Positions 29,084 through 39,371 of a DNA stretch of 64,000 nucleotides are shown here, in pieces. Every line of letters starts with the position of its first letter. Position 1 is the stretch's first letter. The stretch is from Paracoccaceae bacterium. GTDB taxonomy: Bacteria > Pseudomonadota > Alphaproteobacteria > Rhodobacterales > Rhodobacteraceae. Position numbers and translations under genes: made by a program. A model generated the notes under the pieces. The model made no database searches. It saw nothing but the letters and a program-made list of their open reading frames with translations, and was not told where the DNA came from. The stretch covers positions 8,617 to 72,616 of the forward strand of contig JANSXZ010000016.1 in the NCBI GenBank assembly GCA_024742705.1. Direction: 5' to 3'.

Positions 29084-31423
29084 ATGCAGGTGAGGGAGAT
29101 TTTCGAGACGATGGCATATGGCCCGGCACCAGAAAGCGCGGCGGAGGCCTTGGCGTGGCTGGTCGATCAGGGCGGGCGCCTGGGGCATTTCATCGACGGC
29201 GCGTTCACCGATCCGGGCCGCGGCTTTGACACCTGCAACCCGGCGACCGGCGAGGTTCTGGCCCATGTGACGCAGGCGACACCCGACGAGGTGGCGCAGG
29301 CCATCGACGCGGCACGGCGCGCCCAGCCGCGGTGGGAGAAGCTGGGCGGTGCAGGGCGGGCGCGGTATCTTTATGCTTTGGCGCGGCTTTTGCAGAAACA
29401 TGCCCGGCTGTTCGCGGTGCTGGAAACGCTGGACAATGGCAAGCCGATCCGCGAGAGCCGCGACATCGACATTCCCCTGGCGCAACGGCATTTCTATTTC
29501 CACGCCGGGATGGCGCAGGTGATGGACGAGGCGTTGTCCGGGCGGGTGGCCATCGGCGTCTGCGGTCAGATCGTGCCGTGGAATTTCCCGCTGTTGATGC
29601 TGGCATGGAAGATCGCGCCGGCGCTGGCGATGGGCAATACGGTGGTTTTGAAGCCGGCCGAATATACCCCTCTGACGGCGCTGTTGTTCGCCGATATCTG
29701 CCGGCAGGCCGGGTTGCCCAGGGGGGTTGTGAACATCGTCACCGGCGACGGGGCGGTGGGCGAGGCAATCGTGGCGCACCCCGGTATCGACAAGATCGCC
29801 TTTACCGGATCGACCGAGGTGGGCCGTGCGATCCGCCGTGCCACCGCCGGGTCAGGCAAGGCCCTGACGCTGGAGCTGGGCGGGAAGTCGCCTTATGTGG
29901 TGTTCGAGGATGCGGATCTGGATTCGGCTGTCGAGGGGCTGGTGGATGCGATCTGGCTGAACCAGGGGCAGGTGTGTTGCGCCGGCTCGCGGCTTTTGGT
30001 GCAAGAGAGCGTCGCGGCGGACTTCACCGCGCGCCTGAAGGCCCGTATGGACCGGCTGCGCGTTGGCAACCCGCTTGACAAGTGCATCGACGTTGGGGCC
30101 ATCGTCGATCCCGCCCAGCACGACCGGATCACGCGGATGGTCGAGGCCAACACCGCCGGCACGGTGTACCGGGCGGCGACCGACCTTCCGGCAACCGGGT
30201 GTTTCTATGCACCGACGCTGATCACCGGGCTGGCGCCGGCGGATCCGTTGATGCACGAGGAGATCTTTGGCCCGGTTCTGGTGCAGACCACGTTCCGCAC
30301 GCCGGCCGAGGCGGTCGCGCTGGCCAACGACAGCCGCTATGGCCTGGCCGCGACGCTGTGGACCGAAAACATCAACCTTGCGCTTTCGGTGGCGCCGCAA
30401 TTGGCCGCCGGCGTTGTCTGGATCAACGCCACCAACCTTTTCGACGCCGCCGCCGGTTTTGGTGGGCAGCGCGAAAGCGGGTTTGGCCGGGAAGGCGGCT
30501 GGGAGGGTCTGGCCGCCTACACCCGCCCCGCGGGAACGCGCGCGAAGCTGACGCAGGTTTCGGCCACCGAGGGGCAAGGCGGACCGGTGGAGGGGATCGA
30601 CCGGACCGCGAAACTGTATGTCGGGGGACGGCAGGCGCGGCCCGACGGCGGCTATTGCCGGGCGGTTTATGGCCGGTCGGGCAAGATTCTGGGACATGCG
30701 CCGCTGGCCAACCGTAAGGACGTGCGCAACGCCGTCGAGGCGGCGCGGGGTGCCGCATCGTGGGCGCGGACCACGGGGCACCTGCGGTCGCAGATCCTTT
30801 ACTACATCGCCGAGAACCTGTCGGCCCGCGCCGGTGAGTTCGCCGCGCGGCTGGATGCGATGCAGGGTGGCCGGCGCGGTGCGGCCGAGGTGGAGGCGGC
30901 TGTCCAGCGGCTGTTTACCTATGCCGCCTGGGCCGACAAATACGACGGGCAGGTTCATGGCGTTCCGATCCGGGGCATCGCAATGGCCGTCAAGGAACCG
31001 GTGGGCGTGATCGGCGCGCTCTGCTCGGACGAGGCGCCGCTGCTGGGGTTGGTTTCGGCGATGGCACCCGCACTGGCGATGGGCAACCGCGTGGTTCTGG
31101 TGGCCTCGGAACCCTATCCCCTGGCCGCGACGGATTTCTACCAGGTGCTGGACACGTCGGATGTGCCGGCCGGGGTTGTCAACATCCTGACCGGGGCGCA
31201 TGCCGATCTGGCACCGACGCTGGCGGGGCATCTGGATGTGGACGCGGTCTGGTCGTTCTCGTCCAGCGATCTTTCGGCCACAATCGAAGACCTGTCGGCC
31301 GGAAACCTGAAGCGGACCTGGGTGAACTACGGGCTGGCGCGCGACTGGACCCGCGCGGACAGCGCGGCTTTCCTTGCCGCCGCGACTGAAATCAAGAACA
31401 TATGGGTGCCCTATGGCGAATGA
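29084..31423 (+). CDS. aldehyde dehydrogenase with an appended second, truncated ALDH-like domain (779 aa)
   Basis: The first roughly 480 aa form a complete ALDH (ELGGKSP catalytic Glu, QGQVCCAGSRLLV catalytic Cys). Residues from about 500 to 779 repeat only the N-terminal NAD-binding half and lack the catalytic Cys segment. Confidence 0.85.
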   Translation: MQVREIFETMAYGPAPESAAEALAWLVDQGGRLGHFIDGAFTDPGRGFDTCNPATGEVLAHVTQATPDEVAQAIDAARRAQPRWEKLGGAGRARYLYALARLLQKHARLFAVLETLDNGKPIRESRDIDIPLAQRHFYFHAGMAQVMDEALSGRVAIGVCGQIVPWNFPLLMLAWKIAPALAMGNTVVLKPAEYTPLTALLFADICRQAGLPRGVVNIVTGDGAVGEAIVAHPGIDKIAFTGSTEVGRAIRRATAGSGKALTLELGGKSPYVVFEDADLDSAVEGLVDAIWLNQGQVCCAGSRLLVQESVAADFTARLKARMDRLRVGNPLDKCIDVGAIVDPAQHDRITRMVEANTAGTVYRAATDLPATGCFYAPTLITGLAPADPLMHEEIFGPVLVQTTFRTPAEAVALANDSRYGLAATLWTENINLALSVAPQLAAGVVWINATNLFDAAAGFGGQRESGFGREGGWEGLAAYTRPAGTRAKLTQVSATEGQGGPVEGIDRTAKLYVGGRQARPDGGYCRAVYGRSGKILGHAPLANRKDVRNAVEAARGAASWARTTGHLRSQILYYIAENLSARAGEFAARLDAMQGGRRGAAEVEAAVQRLFTYAAWADKYDGQVHGVPIRGIAMAVKEPVGVIGALCSDEAPLLGLVSAMAPALAMGNRVVLVASEPYPLAATDFYQVLDTSDVPAGVVNILTGAHADLAPTLAGHLDVDAVWSFSSSDLSATIEDLSAGNLKRTWVNYGLARDWTRADSAAFLAAATEIKNIWVPYGE

Positions 31424-32147
31424 GATCACGGCGATCACGCAAACTGAACTGGCCTACGAGGAAGGCGGTGTCGGGTTTCGGGGGCAACTGGTCTGGGACG
31501 CGGCGCGCGGCGGGCCCCGGCCCGGTGTTCTGGTGGCCCCTGCCTTCGGTGGCCTCGGCCCGTTCGAGATCGAACAGGCACACCGGCTGGCGGCCCTGGG
31601 ATACGCGGCGCTGGCGGTGGACTACTATGGCGACGCGCAGCGATCCAAGGATCGCGCCCGCTCGGCCGAGATGATGATGGCGGTAGAGCGCGACCGCCCG
31701 GTTCTGGCACGGCGGATGGAGGCCGCGCTGGCCGCTCTGGCGGGGCGGCGGATCGTCGATGCCGGCCGGATCGCGGCGATGGGATATTGCTTTGGTGGCA
31801 AGGCGGTTCTGGATCTGGCGCGCGCCGGCGCGGACATTCGCGGCGCGATCCCCATTCACGGCGTCTATGATCCGCCGCCAGGACCGAACCGCGCGATCGG
31901 TGCCGCCGTCCTTGTGCTGCACGGTTGGGACGATCCGCTGGCCACGCCAGAGCAACTGACGGCCCTTGCGCGCGAGCTGGACGCATCGGGCTGCGCCGAT
32001 TGGCAGGTGCTGGGCTTTGGCCAGACAGGCCATGCCTTCACGAACCCGGGCGCCAACGACAAGCCCGGCGGCATGGCCTACAGCCGCCGCGCATCGGACA
32101 GGTCGTGGACCGCGCTGACCGGGTTCCTGCGCGAAGTCCTTGCCTGA
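31413..32147 (+). CDS. dienelactone hydrolase family protein
   Basis: GYCFGG nucleophile motif and a C-terminal HAF; 244 aa. The start overlaps the ALDH stop by 11 nt. Confidence 0.85.
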   Translation: MANEITAITQTELAYEEGGVGFRGQLVWDAARGGPRPGVLVAPAFGGLGPFEIEQAHRLAALGYAALAVDYYGDAQRSKDRARSAEMMMAVERDRPVLARRMEAALAALAGRRIVDAGRIAAMGYCFGGKAVLDLARAGADIRGAIPIHGVYDPPPGPNRAIGAAVLVLHGWDDPLATPEQLTALARELDASGCADWQVLGFGQTGHAFTNPGANDKPGGMAYSRRASDRSWTALTGFLREVLA

Positions 32148-32165
32148 CAGGCAAGGCGCGCGGCA

Positions 32166-33482
32166 TCATTCGGTGGCGACGGGCAGTCCTTCGGGCTGGC
32201 CCACCACCACGAACCGCAGCCCCGCCGGATCCAGCAGCGATGCCGCAACACGCCGGACGTCGTCGGCGGTTACCGCGTCCACCCGGGCGTTGCGCGTGGC
32301 GATGTAATCGATTGGCAAGCCCTGCATCTGCATGGCCACCATGATGTTGGCGATGCGCGCGTTGCCGTCGAAACGCAGCGGATAGGCGCCGGTCAGATAG
32401 GTCTTGGCATCGCGCAACTCGGCGTCGCTCACGCCTTCTTCGGCGGCGCGGCGCCATTCATCGCGGATCACCGAGATCGCTTCGGCGATGCGTCCGTTGG
32501 CCGATGCCACGCTGCCAAGGTAAAGCGCCCCAAGATCCTTGGGCGCAAGGTAGGAATAGACGCCATAGGTCAGCCCACGCTTTTCGCGCACCTCGGTCAT
32601 CAGGCGCGATTCGAACGAGCCACCCCCAAGCACCTGATTGAGAACGAAGGCCGCAAAGAAATCCGGGTGATCCTGCGGAATGCCGGCATGGCCAAAGATG
32701 GCCACGGATTGCGGCGTTTCGAAATCCACCACCGTGACCCCGCCGCTCAGCAGCACCTCGGCCGGGCCGGGAATCGGCGCGCCGGTCTGCGGCAGATCGG
32801 CCAGAAGATCGTCGATCAGCAGGCCCAGTTCCGCAGGCGTAATGTCGCCGACGGCGCCCACATACAGCCGGTCGCGGGCAAAGGTTCCACGGTGCGCGGT
32901 CAGCAGATCGTCACGGCTCAGCGCCGAAACGCTTTCAATGCTGCCTTCGCCGGGAGCGCCATAGGGGTGATCGCCGAACGCCAGCCGCGAGAAAACGTTG
33001 CGCGCGATATCGTTCGGGTTGTTTGCGTCTGACGCCAGCCCCGACAGAACCTGACGGCGCACCCGTTCGATCGCATCGGGATCGAAACGCGGCGCATGGA
33101 TCGCCTGCTTCAGCAAAGCCAGGGCATTGTCGCGGTTCTCGGTGAGCATCTGTGCGGAAATCGACACCTCGTCGTCCGACGCGTCGAAACCGAACCGCGC
33201 GGCCAGCGTCTCTGCGGCGCGGGCAAAGGCACGGGCATCCATGTCGCCTGCGCCTTCTTCCAGAAGCGCCGTCATCAGGTGAACCGCGCCGCGGCTGTCC
33301 GCGGGATCCACCGACGTGCCGCCGCGGAACCGGATTTCCAGCGCGGTGAAGGGGATCGAATGATCCTCGACAAGCCATGCGGTGATGCCCTGCGGCGATG
33401 TCACCTCCTGAATGCGGACCTCGGCCCAGGCGGGCAGCGCCAACATCAGCAGCGCGAAAAGCGAAACGAACGGGCGGATCAT
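32166..33482 (-). CDS. M16 family peptidase-like protein (non-catalytic partner subunit)
   Basis: Signal peptide and M16 fold, with no HxxEH motif. Overlaps the upstream M16 gene (ATGA). Confidence 0.8.
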   Translation of the reverse strand: MIRPFVSLFALLMLALPAWAEVRIQEVTSPQGITAWLVEDHSIPFTALEIRFRGGTSVDPADSRGAVHLMTALLEEGAGDMDARAFARAAETLAARFGFDASDDEVSISAQMLTENRDNALALLKQAIHAPRFDPDAIERVRRQVLSGLASDANNPNDIARNVFSRLAFGDHPYGAPGEGSIESVSALSRDDLLTAHRGTFARDRLYVGAVGDITPAELGLLIDDLLADLPQTGAPIPGPAEVLLSGGVTVVDFETPQSVAIFGHAGIPQDHPDFFAAFVLNQVLGGGSFESRLMTEVREKRGLTYGVYSYLAPKDLGALYLGSVASANGRIAEAISVIRDEWRRAAEEGVSDAELRDAKTYLTGAYPLRFDGNARIANIMVAMQMQGLPIDYIATRNARVDAVTADDVRRVAASLLDPAGLRFVVVGQPEGLPVATE

Positions 33483-34819
33483 TGGATTGCCTCCTCGGCC
33501 TGCATGAGCCAGCCGGTAACCGATGCCTCGGGCCGGATCACCGCGCGGGCCGCTGCAACGATGTCGTCGCCGGTGACCTCCTGCAAAACGCGCGGCCAGT
33601 CCTGTACATCCGCAACCGTCAGACCGGAAGCCAGCGCGCGGCCATAGCGGTTTGCGATACGGTCAACATCGTCGCGCGCATAGATCTCCGAGGCGCGCAA
33701 CTGCATCTTGATACGGTCCAGTTGTTCCGGTTCCACCCCGGTTTCGATGAATTCGGCCACCGCGGCATCCATCGCGGCTTCGGCCTGCTCGAGCGTGACG
33801 CCGGCTGCGGGCACCACCACCATGTCGAAGGTGGTATCGTCAAGCGCGGTGCCGTTGTAAAACGCACCCGTATACACCGCGACCTGGGTGTCGAATTGCA
33901 GCTTTTCCGCAAGGAAAGACGTGGTGCCACCGCCCAGAACCTCGGCCAGCAACACCAGCGAGGCGGCTTTCTCCTGATCGCCGGGATCGCGTTCGGGTGC
34001 CAGATACGAGCGGCTGACATAGGGCTGGGCGACGCGCGCGTCGGCAAACACCAGCCGGCGGGCGGCGCGGTGCGGCGGCTCTTCGGTGCGCAGGCGTTCG
34101 GGCAGCGCGGGATTGGCCGGGATCGCGCCATAATACTGTTCGGCGAGGCGGCGCACCTCGGCGGGATCCACATCGCCCGACACCACCAGAATGGCGTTGT
34201 TGGGGGCGTAGTAGGTGCCGTAAAAGCCAAGCGCGTCGTCCATGTCGAGCGTTTCCATCTCGTGCATCCAGCCGATGATCGGCGTGCCGTAGCGATGGTT
34301 CAGGTACATGGTTGCGTTCATCTGTTCGTTGAAAAGCGACCGCGGGTTGTTTTCGGTGCGCTGGTTGCGCTCTTCGATGATCACCTGGCGTTCGGTGACG
34401 ATGTCACGCTCGGTCAACCGGATGTTTGTCATCCGGTCGGCTTCCATGCGCATCATCAGCTCCAGCCGGTCGGCGGCGATTCTCTGGAAATAGGCGGTAT
34501 AGTCATAGCTGGTAAAGGCGTTGTCGCGCCCGCCATTCGCCGCCACCGTGGCCGACAATTCACCCGAGGCCAGTGTGTCGGTCGCCTTGAACAGAAGATG
34601 TTCCAGGAAATGCGCAACACCCGAGGATCCCTTGGGTTCGTCCGCAGACCCCGCGCGATACCACACCATGTGCTGCACCACGGGCGCGCGGTGATCTTCC
34701 ACCACAACCACCTGCATTCCGTTGTCCAGAACGAAGGATGTGACCAGTTCATCGTTGGTCTGCGCCGCCAGCGGCAAGGCCAGCACCGCGGCCAGCAGAA
34801 CGGAAATAATTCGCATCAT
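33479..34819 (-). CDS. M16 family zinc metallopeptidase (pitrilysin-type)
   Basis: Inverted zinc motif HFLEH (GVAHFLEHLLFK) and a signal peptide. Confidence 0.88.
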   Translation of the reverse strand: MMRIISVLLAAVLALPLAAQTNDELVTSFVLDNGMQVVVVEDHRAPVVQHMVWYRAGSADEPKGSSGVAHFLEHLLFKATDTLASGELSATVAANGGRDNAFTSYDYTAYFQRIAADRLELMMRMEADRMTNIRLTERDIVTERQVIIEERNQRTENNPRSLFNEQMNATMYLNHRYGTPIIGWMHEMETLDMDDALGFYGTYYAPNNAILVVSGDVDPAEVRRLAEQYYGAIPANPALPERLRTEEPPHRAARRLVFADARVAQPYVSRSYLAPERDPGDQEKAASLVLLAEVLGGGTTSFLAEKLQFDTQVAVYTGAFYNGTALDDTTFDMVVVPAAGVTLEQAEAAMDAAVAEFIETGVEPEQLDRIKMQLRASEIYARDDVDRIANRYGRALASGLTVADVQDWPRVLQEVTGDDIVAAARAVIRPEASVTGWLMQAEEAIQ

Positions 34820-34903
34820 CGCAGGTTCCTCTTGTCAGCACGCTGAAGCACAAGCTGGGTGGATCCGCGCGGCATTCAAGCGTTGCTGCCGGAAAAGTGA
34901 GCG

Positions 34904-35419
34904 TTATTCGCCGTATTCCGGTGGCGATGACGGCGTGGTGACGCCCGCGCGGCGATAGCGCCGCGCCTCGGCGAAGGGATCGATGGCCTGCCGGCGATAG
35001 ACCTCGCGATAGGTGTCGCGCCGGAACAGGCGGATCTGGGTCAGCCGCCCGCGCCGTTTGCGGAAACTTTCGTCTTCCTCGGCCAGGACCGTGCGGATTC
35101 CGCTCTGGACGCCAAAACGGCTGGCCTGGCTGACAAGCGCGCTGTCCGACGTGGCCGCGCCGCCCGCCACCAGGGCACCGGGACGTCCGCCCAGCGCCGA
35201 CACCGCATCGGCAAGCGGGCTGGGATCGGTCACATTGGCGCCACCCGGCGTGGGCGGCGGCAGAACCGAATAACTGTCGGGCTGCGTCAGGGGTTTGGCC
35301 GGCTGAACGAGAAACTCGTCAGGCCCGCCGGTGTTGCTGCGCAGGTCGACAAGCCCCTGCCGCGAACAGGCCGCCAGCATCAGAACCGCCACGATTATTG
35401 CAAGGCGCGGCATCGTCAT
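34904..35419 (-). CDS. DUF3035-type lipoprotein
   Basis: Lipobox LMLAAC after MTMPRLAIIVAV, and a GGGAGAG RBS before the ATG at 35419. It lies directly downstream of lspA. Confidence 0.7.
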   Translation of the reverse strand: MTMPRLAIIVAVLMLAACSRQGLVDLRSNTGGPDEFLVQPAKPLTQPDSYSVLPPPTPGGANVTDPSPLADAVSALGGRPGALVAGGAATSDSALVSQASRFGVQSGIRTVLAEEDESFRKRRGRLTQIRLFRRDTYREVYRRQAIDPFAEARRYRRAGVTTPSSPPEYGE

Positions 35420-35472
35420 CCGGCCACTCTCCCGTTGGTTTGCGTCGTTCATATCGCAACTCCGGGGCAAGG

Positions 35473-35952
35473 TCACGGGGCCTTTTTGCCGGTGGGGCGG
35501 GCGTCGAAAATCACCAGGGCCGCCGCCCCCAGGAAGATGAAGGCATCGGCCAGGTTGAACACGAAGGGGTTGTTGATCCCACAACAGGACATATTGAGAA
35601 AATCCAGGACATAGCCATAAAGCACGCGGTCGAGAACATTGCCCAGCGCCCCGCCGATCAGCAGGCCCGCACCCAGACGCATCGCCAGCGGTTTGTGGCC
35701 CCGCACCATCCAGACCAGAACCGCCAGGATGATCACCAGCGACAGCGCCACCAGAATCCAGCGCATCATGTCGGGCGCACCGTCGAGTATGCCGAAGTTG
35801 ATGCCCCGGTTTTCGCCATACCGCAGGTTCAGATAGGGCGGCATCACGTCGATGGCCCGGCGGTGGGCCAGATCCATCCAGACCACCACCAGATACTTGC
35901 TCGCCTGGTCGATCAAAAAGGCGAAAATGGCCGCCCAGCCCAGCGCGCGCAT
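35473..35952 (-). CDS. lspA: lipoprotein signal peptidase (signal peptidase II)
   Basis: NRGINFGIL and [12 protein letters not shown] motifs (catalytic Asp residues). Start at MRALGWAAI (35952). Confidence 0.9.
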   Translation of the reverse strand: MRALGWAAIFAFLIDQASKYLVVVWMDLAHRRAIDVMPPYLNLRYGENRGINFGILDGAPDMMRWILVALSLVIILAVLVWMVRGHKPLAMRLGAGLLIGGALGNVLDRVLYGYVLDFLNMSCCGINNPFVFNLADAFIFLGAAALVIFDARPTGKKAP

Positions 35953-35956
35953 CCCG

Positions 35957-37546
35957 TCAGTGCCGGAAATGGCGCATGTCGGTGAACACCATGGCAAGGC
36001 CGGCGGCATCCGCCGCGGCGATCACCTCGGCGTCGCGCATCGACCCGCCCGGCTGGATCAGCGCGGTGGCGCCGGCCTCGGCGGCCGTGATCAGACCATC
36101 GGCAAAGGGAAAGAACGCATCCGATGCCACCACCGAACCGCGGGTCAGCGGTTCGGGCAGGCCCAGCACCTCGGCCATGTCCTGCGCCTTGCGGGCGGCG
36201 ATGCGGGTGCTGTCGACACGGCTCATCTGGCCCGCGCCGACGCCCACGGTCGCACCGTCGCGGACGTAGATGATCGCGTTCGACTTGACGTATTTGGCCA
36301 CCCGCCAGGCGAACAACAGATCCGCCACTTCGGCATCCGTGGGCGCGCGGCGGGTGACGACGCGCAGATCATCGAGGCCGATCCGGCCGATATCCTTGTC
36401 CTGCGCCAGAAAACCGCCCGAAACCTGGCGGAACGCCCGCGCCGGCTGTGCCGGATCGGCCAGTGCGCCGGTTGTCAGCAGGCGCAGGTTTTTCTTGGCG
36501 GCAAAGACCTGCACCGCTTCGGGATCGGCATCGGGGGCAATCACGACCTCGGTGAAGATGCCGGTGATCTCGCGCGCGGTGTCGGCATCCAGTCGCTGGT
36601 TCAATGCGATGATGCCACCGAAAGCGCTGGTGCGGTCGCAATCGAAGGCGCGGGCATAGGCCTCGGCCAGGGTTGCGCCACGGGCCACGCCGCAGGGGTT
36701 GGCGTGTTTCACGATCACGCAGGCGGGGCCGTCGGCCGGATCGAACTCGCTGATCAGCTCGAACGCGGCATCGGTATCGTTGATGTTGTTGTAAGACAGC
36801 GCCTTGCCCTGATGCTGCCGCGCGGTGGCAACGCCGGGCCGGCCGGAACCGTCGGTGTAGAAGGCGGCGGCCTGATGCGGGTTCTCGCCATAGCGCAGCT
36901 CCTGCGCCAGGTGCCCCGCCACGGTCCGGCGGCGCGGCGCGGCGCAGTCCAGCGCATCGGCCATCCATTGCGACACCGCTGCGTCATAGGCCGCGGTCCT
37001 GCCATAGGCGGTCAGCGCCAGCCCCTGCCGGAAAGCCATCCGCGTCGCGCCGTCGTGCGCCGCCAGTTCGGCCAGCAGCGGCGCATAGTCCTCGGTGTCG
37101 ACCACGACGTTGACGAAGGCATGGTTCTTGGCCGCCGCGCGGATCATCGCCGGGCCGCCGATGTCGATGTTCTCGACGCAGGTCGCATAATCGGCACCCG
37201 CCGCGACCGTCGCCTCGAACGGATAGAGATTGACGACCAGAAGATCGATCGCGCCGATACCATGTGTCTCCATCGCGGCGCGGTGGGCCGGATCGTCGCG
37301 CAGCGCCAGCAGGCCGCCGTGCACCGCCGGGTGCAGCGTGTTGACCCGCCCGTCCAGCATTTCGGGAAACCCGGTCACATCGGCCACGTCGCGCACCGTC
37401 AGCCCGGCGTCACGCAGGCTGCGGGCGGTTCCGCCGGTGCTGAGCAATTCGACCCCCCGCGCCGCGAGGGCCTGCCCCAGTTCGACAAGCCCGGTCTTGT
37501 CGGACACGGAAAGAAGCGCGCGGCGCACGGGGCAAAGATCGGTCAT
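35957..37546 (-). CDS. purH: bifunctional AICAR transformylase / IMP cyclohydrolase
   Basis: 529 aa. N-terminal [11 protein letters not shown] (MGS-like domain) and C-terminal [10 protein letters not shown] signature. Confidence 0.95.
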   Translation of the reverse strand: MTDLCPVRRALLSVSDKTGLVELGQALAARGVELLSTGGTARSLRDAGLTVRDVADVTGFPEMLDGRVNTLHPAVHGGLLALRDDPAHRAAMETHGIGAIDLLVVNLYPFEATVAAGADYATCVENIDIGGPAMIRAAAKNHAFVNVVVDTEDYAPLLAELAAHDGATRMAFRQGLALTAYGRTAAYDAAVSQWMADALDCAAPRRRTVAGHLAQELRYGENPHQAAAFYTDGSGRPGVATARQHQGKALSYNNINDTDAAFELISEFDPADGPACVIVKHANPCGVARGATLAEAYARAFDCDRTSAFGGIIALNQRLDADTAREITGIFTEVVIAPDADPEAVQVFAAKKNLRLLTTGALADPAQPARAFRQVSGGFLAQDKDIGRIGLDDLRVVTRRAPTDAEVADLLFAWRVAKYVKSNAIIYVRDGATVGVGAGQMSRVDSTRIAARKAQDMAEVLGLPEPLTRGSVVASDAFFPFADGLITAAEAGATALIQPGGSMRDAEVIAAADAAGLAMVFTDMRHFRH

Positions 37547-37565
37547 GGAAGTTCCTTCAATCGGG

Positions 37566-39308
37566 CTATTCGGTCAGATAACTTTCGTCGTGGGCAAAGT
37601 CACGGACCGCAACGGCGGTTTCGCGCGCCTTCGACACCGACCAACGAACGCGCGTCGCATACTCCATCGCGCGCCCGGTGAGAACGACCTGTTTTGTCGC
37701 GCGCGGTTTCAGCCGCCCGCTTTGCAGATAGACACCGGGCTCGAGCGTCAGATCGGCGCCGCCTTCGTACCGAAACACCCATATCTCGCCGCTTTTCAAA
37801 GCGATCGACACGGCAGCGCCGCCCATATCCAGGGCGGCATCCGCATCCGGGTGCAGATGAAACCGGATCTCAAAGCCGATCCCGCGCAGCCCGTCGGCAT
37901 CCAGAACCCGGTCAAACCGGCGCTTGTCGGCGTTTTCCAGCGCCAGCAGCATGTCTTCGCCGGTGATGCTCCGGCCATCCGGCGCCAGGTCCAGAACCCG
38001 CGCGTGGGTCACGCCATGGGTGGCGACATAGCCGTTGTGCGCGCCTTCGAACCGCAACCCCGAGGCGGCGGGATCGGCAGCGACGGGCACATGGCTGGGC
38101 GCGTCCACCAGCGCCTCGCGCAGCGTTCCCGGCGCCGCTTCGGCCAGCCGCGCGCTGGAATACCCGTCCAGACACAGCACCGAATGCGACGGGGTGGCGC
38201 GCCCCGCGCGCCGCCATTCCGGCCCGAACATGCGCCCCGACCCGCAGTTCACCACGACCGGACGGCGCCCGGATGTCAGTTCGAAGGCCAGCGTCGAGGC
38301 ATGGGCATCGTATGACGCATTTCCCGAGGGCGGCGCGCTGGCGTCGATCAGAACGCTGGTGCGGGCCGCCGACAGCCGCATGAACCCCATTGCCATGCCG
38401 TCGGCGTGACGCGCGCGCGCCGTGCTGGCGACCAGCGCCTGATCCAGCCGCCCGTCCAGCCCGCGACCGCCGCCGTGGAACCGGGGCAGGCCGCCATCGG
38501 CGTGTCGCAGGGTGCGCAGCGTCGGCGCGATGCGGTCGATGGCGGCGGCGATGTCGGGCAGCGGCCGCTGTCCCGAGGCCACCATCGCGGCCGCCGCCCA
38601 TGTCAGCAGCGTGAACACCTCGAGCAGTTCTTCGGGGTTGCGCGTGGGCAGCCCGCCGCACGCGTCGATCTGCGTGCGGCATTCACGCGCCAGCGCCCGC
38701 AGCGCGGGTTCGGCCAGGGCTTCCTTGCCCTGCAACGAAAGCCCGGCATAGATCAGACCTGTCAGCGCCTCGAACCGGGCCAGCCCCGGCGGCGCGCTGC
38801 GCCAGCGTTTCGACAGGAACCACGTCTGGCCGGCAAGCGCCCGGTAAAAGGTGGCATGGCGCGGGTCTTTCACCCCGCGCAGCACGAACAGCGCATGGTT
38901 GATCCACCGGATCACCCGCCGCCCGGTCAGGTCGGGTGTCCAACCGGGGCCCTGCCCGTCGCCATGGCGATCAATCCAGCCCCACAGCCAGCGCTGCGCA
39001 CATTCGCGAGCCGGCGCATCGCCCACGGCGGCCAGATCGTCAAGCCAGCCAAACCCGTGGATTTCCGCCTCGAAGGCGGCACCGGGCGCGGTGATCGCCC
39101 ACAGATCGGCATCGCGGGATTCAATCAGAAAGCCCGAAAACAGAAGGTTGCCCGCCACCAGCTGCCGGCCCCGCGCAAAACTGCCGATGGCGCGGGGTTC
39201 GGGCGCCGAAACAAAGCCTTCGGCGGCCTTTTGCCGGGCGCTCAGCCGCGCATAAAGACGGTTCAAAAACCGCGTTCGCCGCGCGGAAAACCCCGATGAT
39301 TTCGACAT
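37566..39308 (-). CDS. heparinase II/III family protein
   Basis: About 580 aa. It sits between rsmB and purH, a position I recall as typical in alphaproteobacteria. ATG at 39308 with a GAAGGG RBS; the track start at 39323 is a GTG. Confidence 0.65.
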   Translation of the reverse strand: MSKSSGFSARRTRFLNRLYARLSARQKAAEGFVSAPEPRAIGSFARGRQLVAGNLLFSGFLIESRDADLWAITAPGAAFEAEIHGFGWLDDLAAVGDAPARECAQRWLWGWIDRHGDGQGPGWTPDLTGRRVIRWINHALFVLRGVKDPRHATFYRALAGQTWFLSKRWRSAPPGLARFEALTGLIYAGLSLQGKEALAEPALRALARECRTQIDACGGLPTRNPEELLEVFTLLTWAAAAMVASGQRPLPDIAAAIDRIAPTLRTLRHADGGLPRFHGGGRGLDGRLDQALVASTARARHADGMAMGFMRLSAARTSVLIDASAPPSGNASYDAHASTLAFELTSGRRPVVVNCGSGRMFGPEWRRAGRATPSHSVLCLDGYSSARLAEAAPGTLREALVDAPSHVPVAADPAASGLRFEGAHNGYVATHGVTHARVLDLAPDGRSITGEDMLLALENADKRRFDRVLDADGLRGIGFEIRFHLHPDADAALDMGGAAVSIALKSGEIWVFRYEGGADLTLEPGVYLQSGRLKPRATKQVVLTGRAMEYATRVRWSVSKARETAVAVRDFAHDESYLTE

Positions 39309-39371
39309 GATGCTGCCCTTCACGCTCTCTGGCGCGCGCTGAAGCGACCATAGCCCGCCGGGCGGCCCAAG

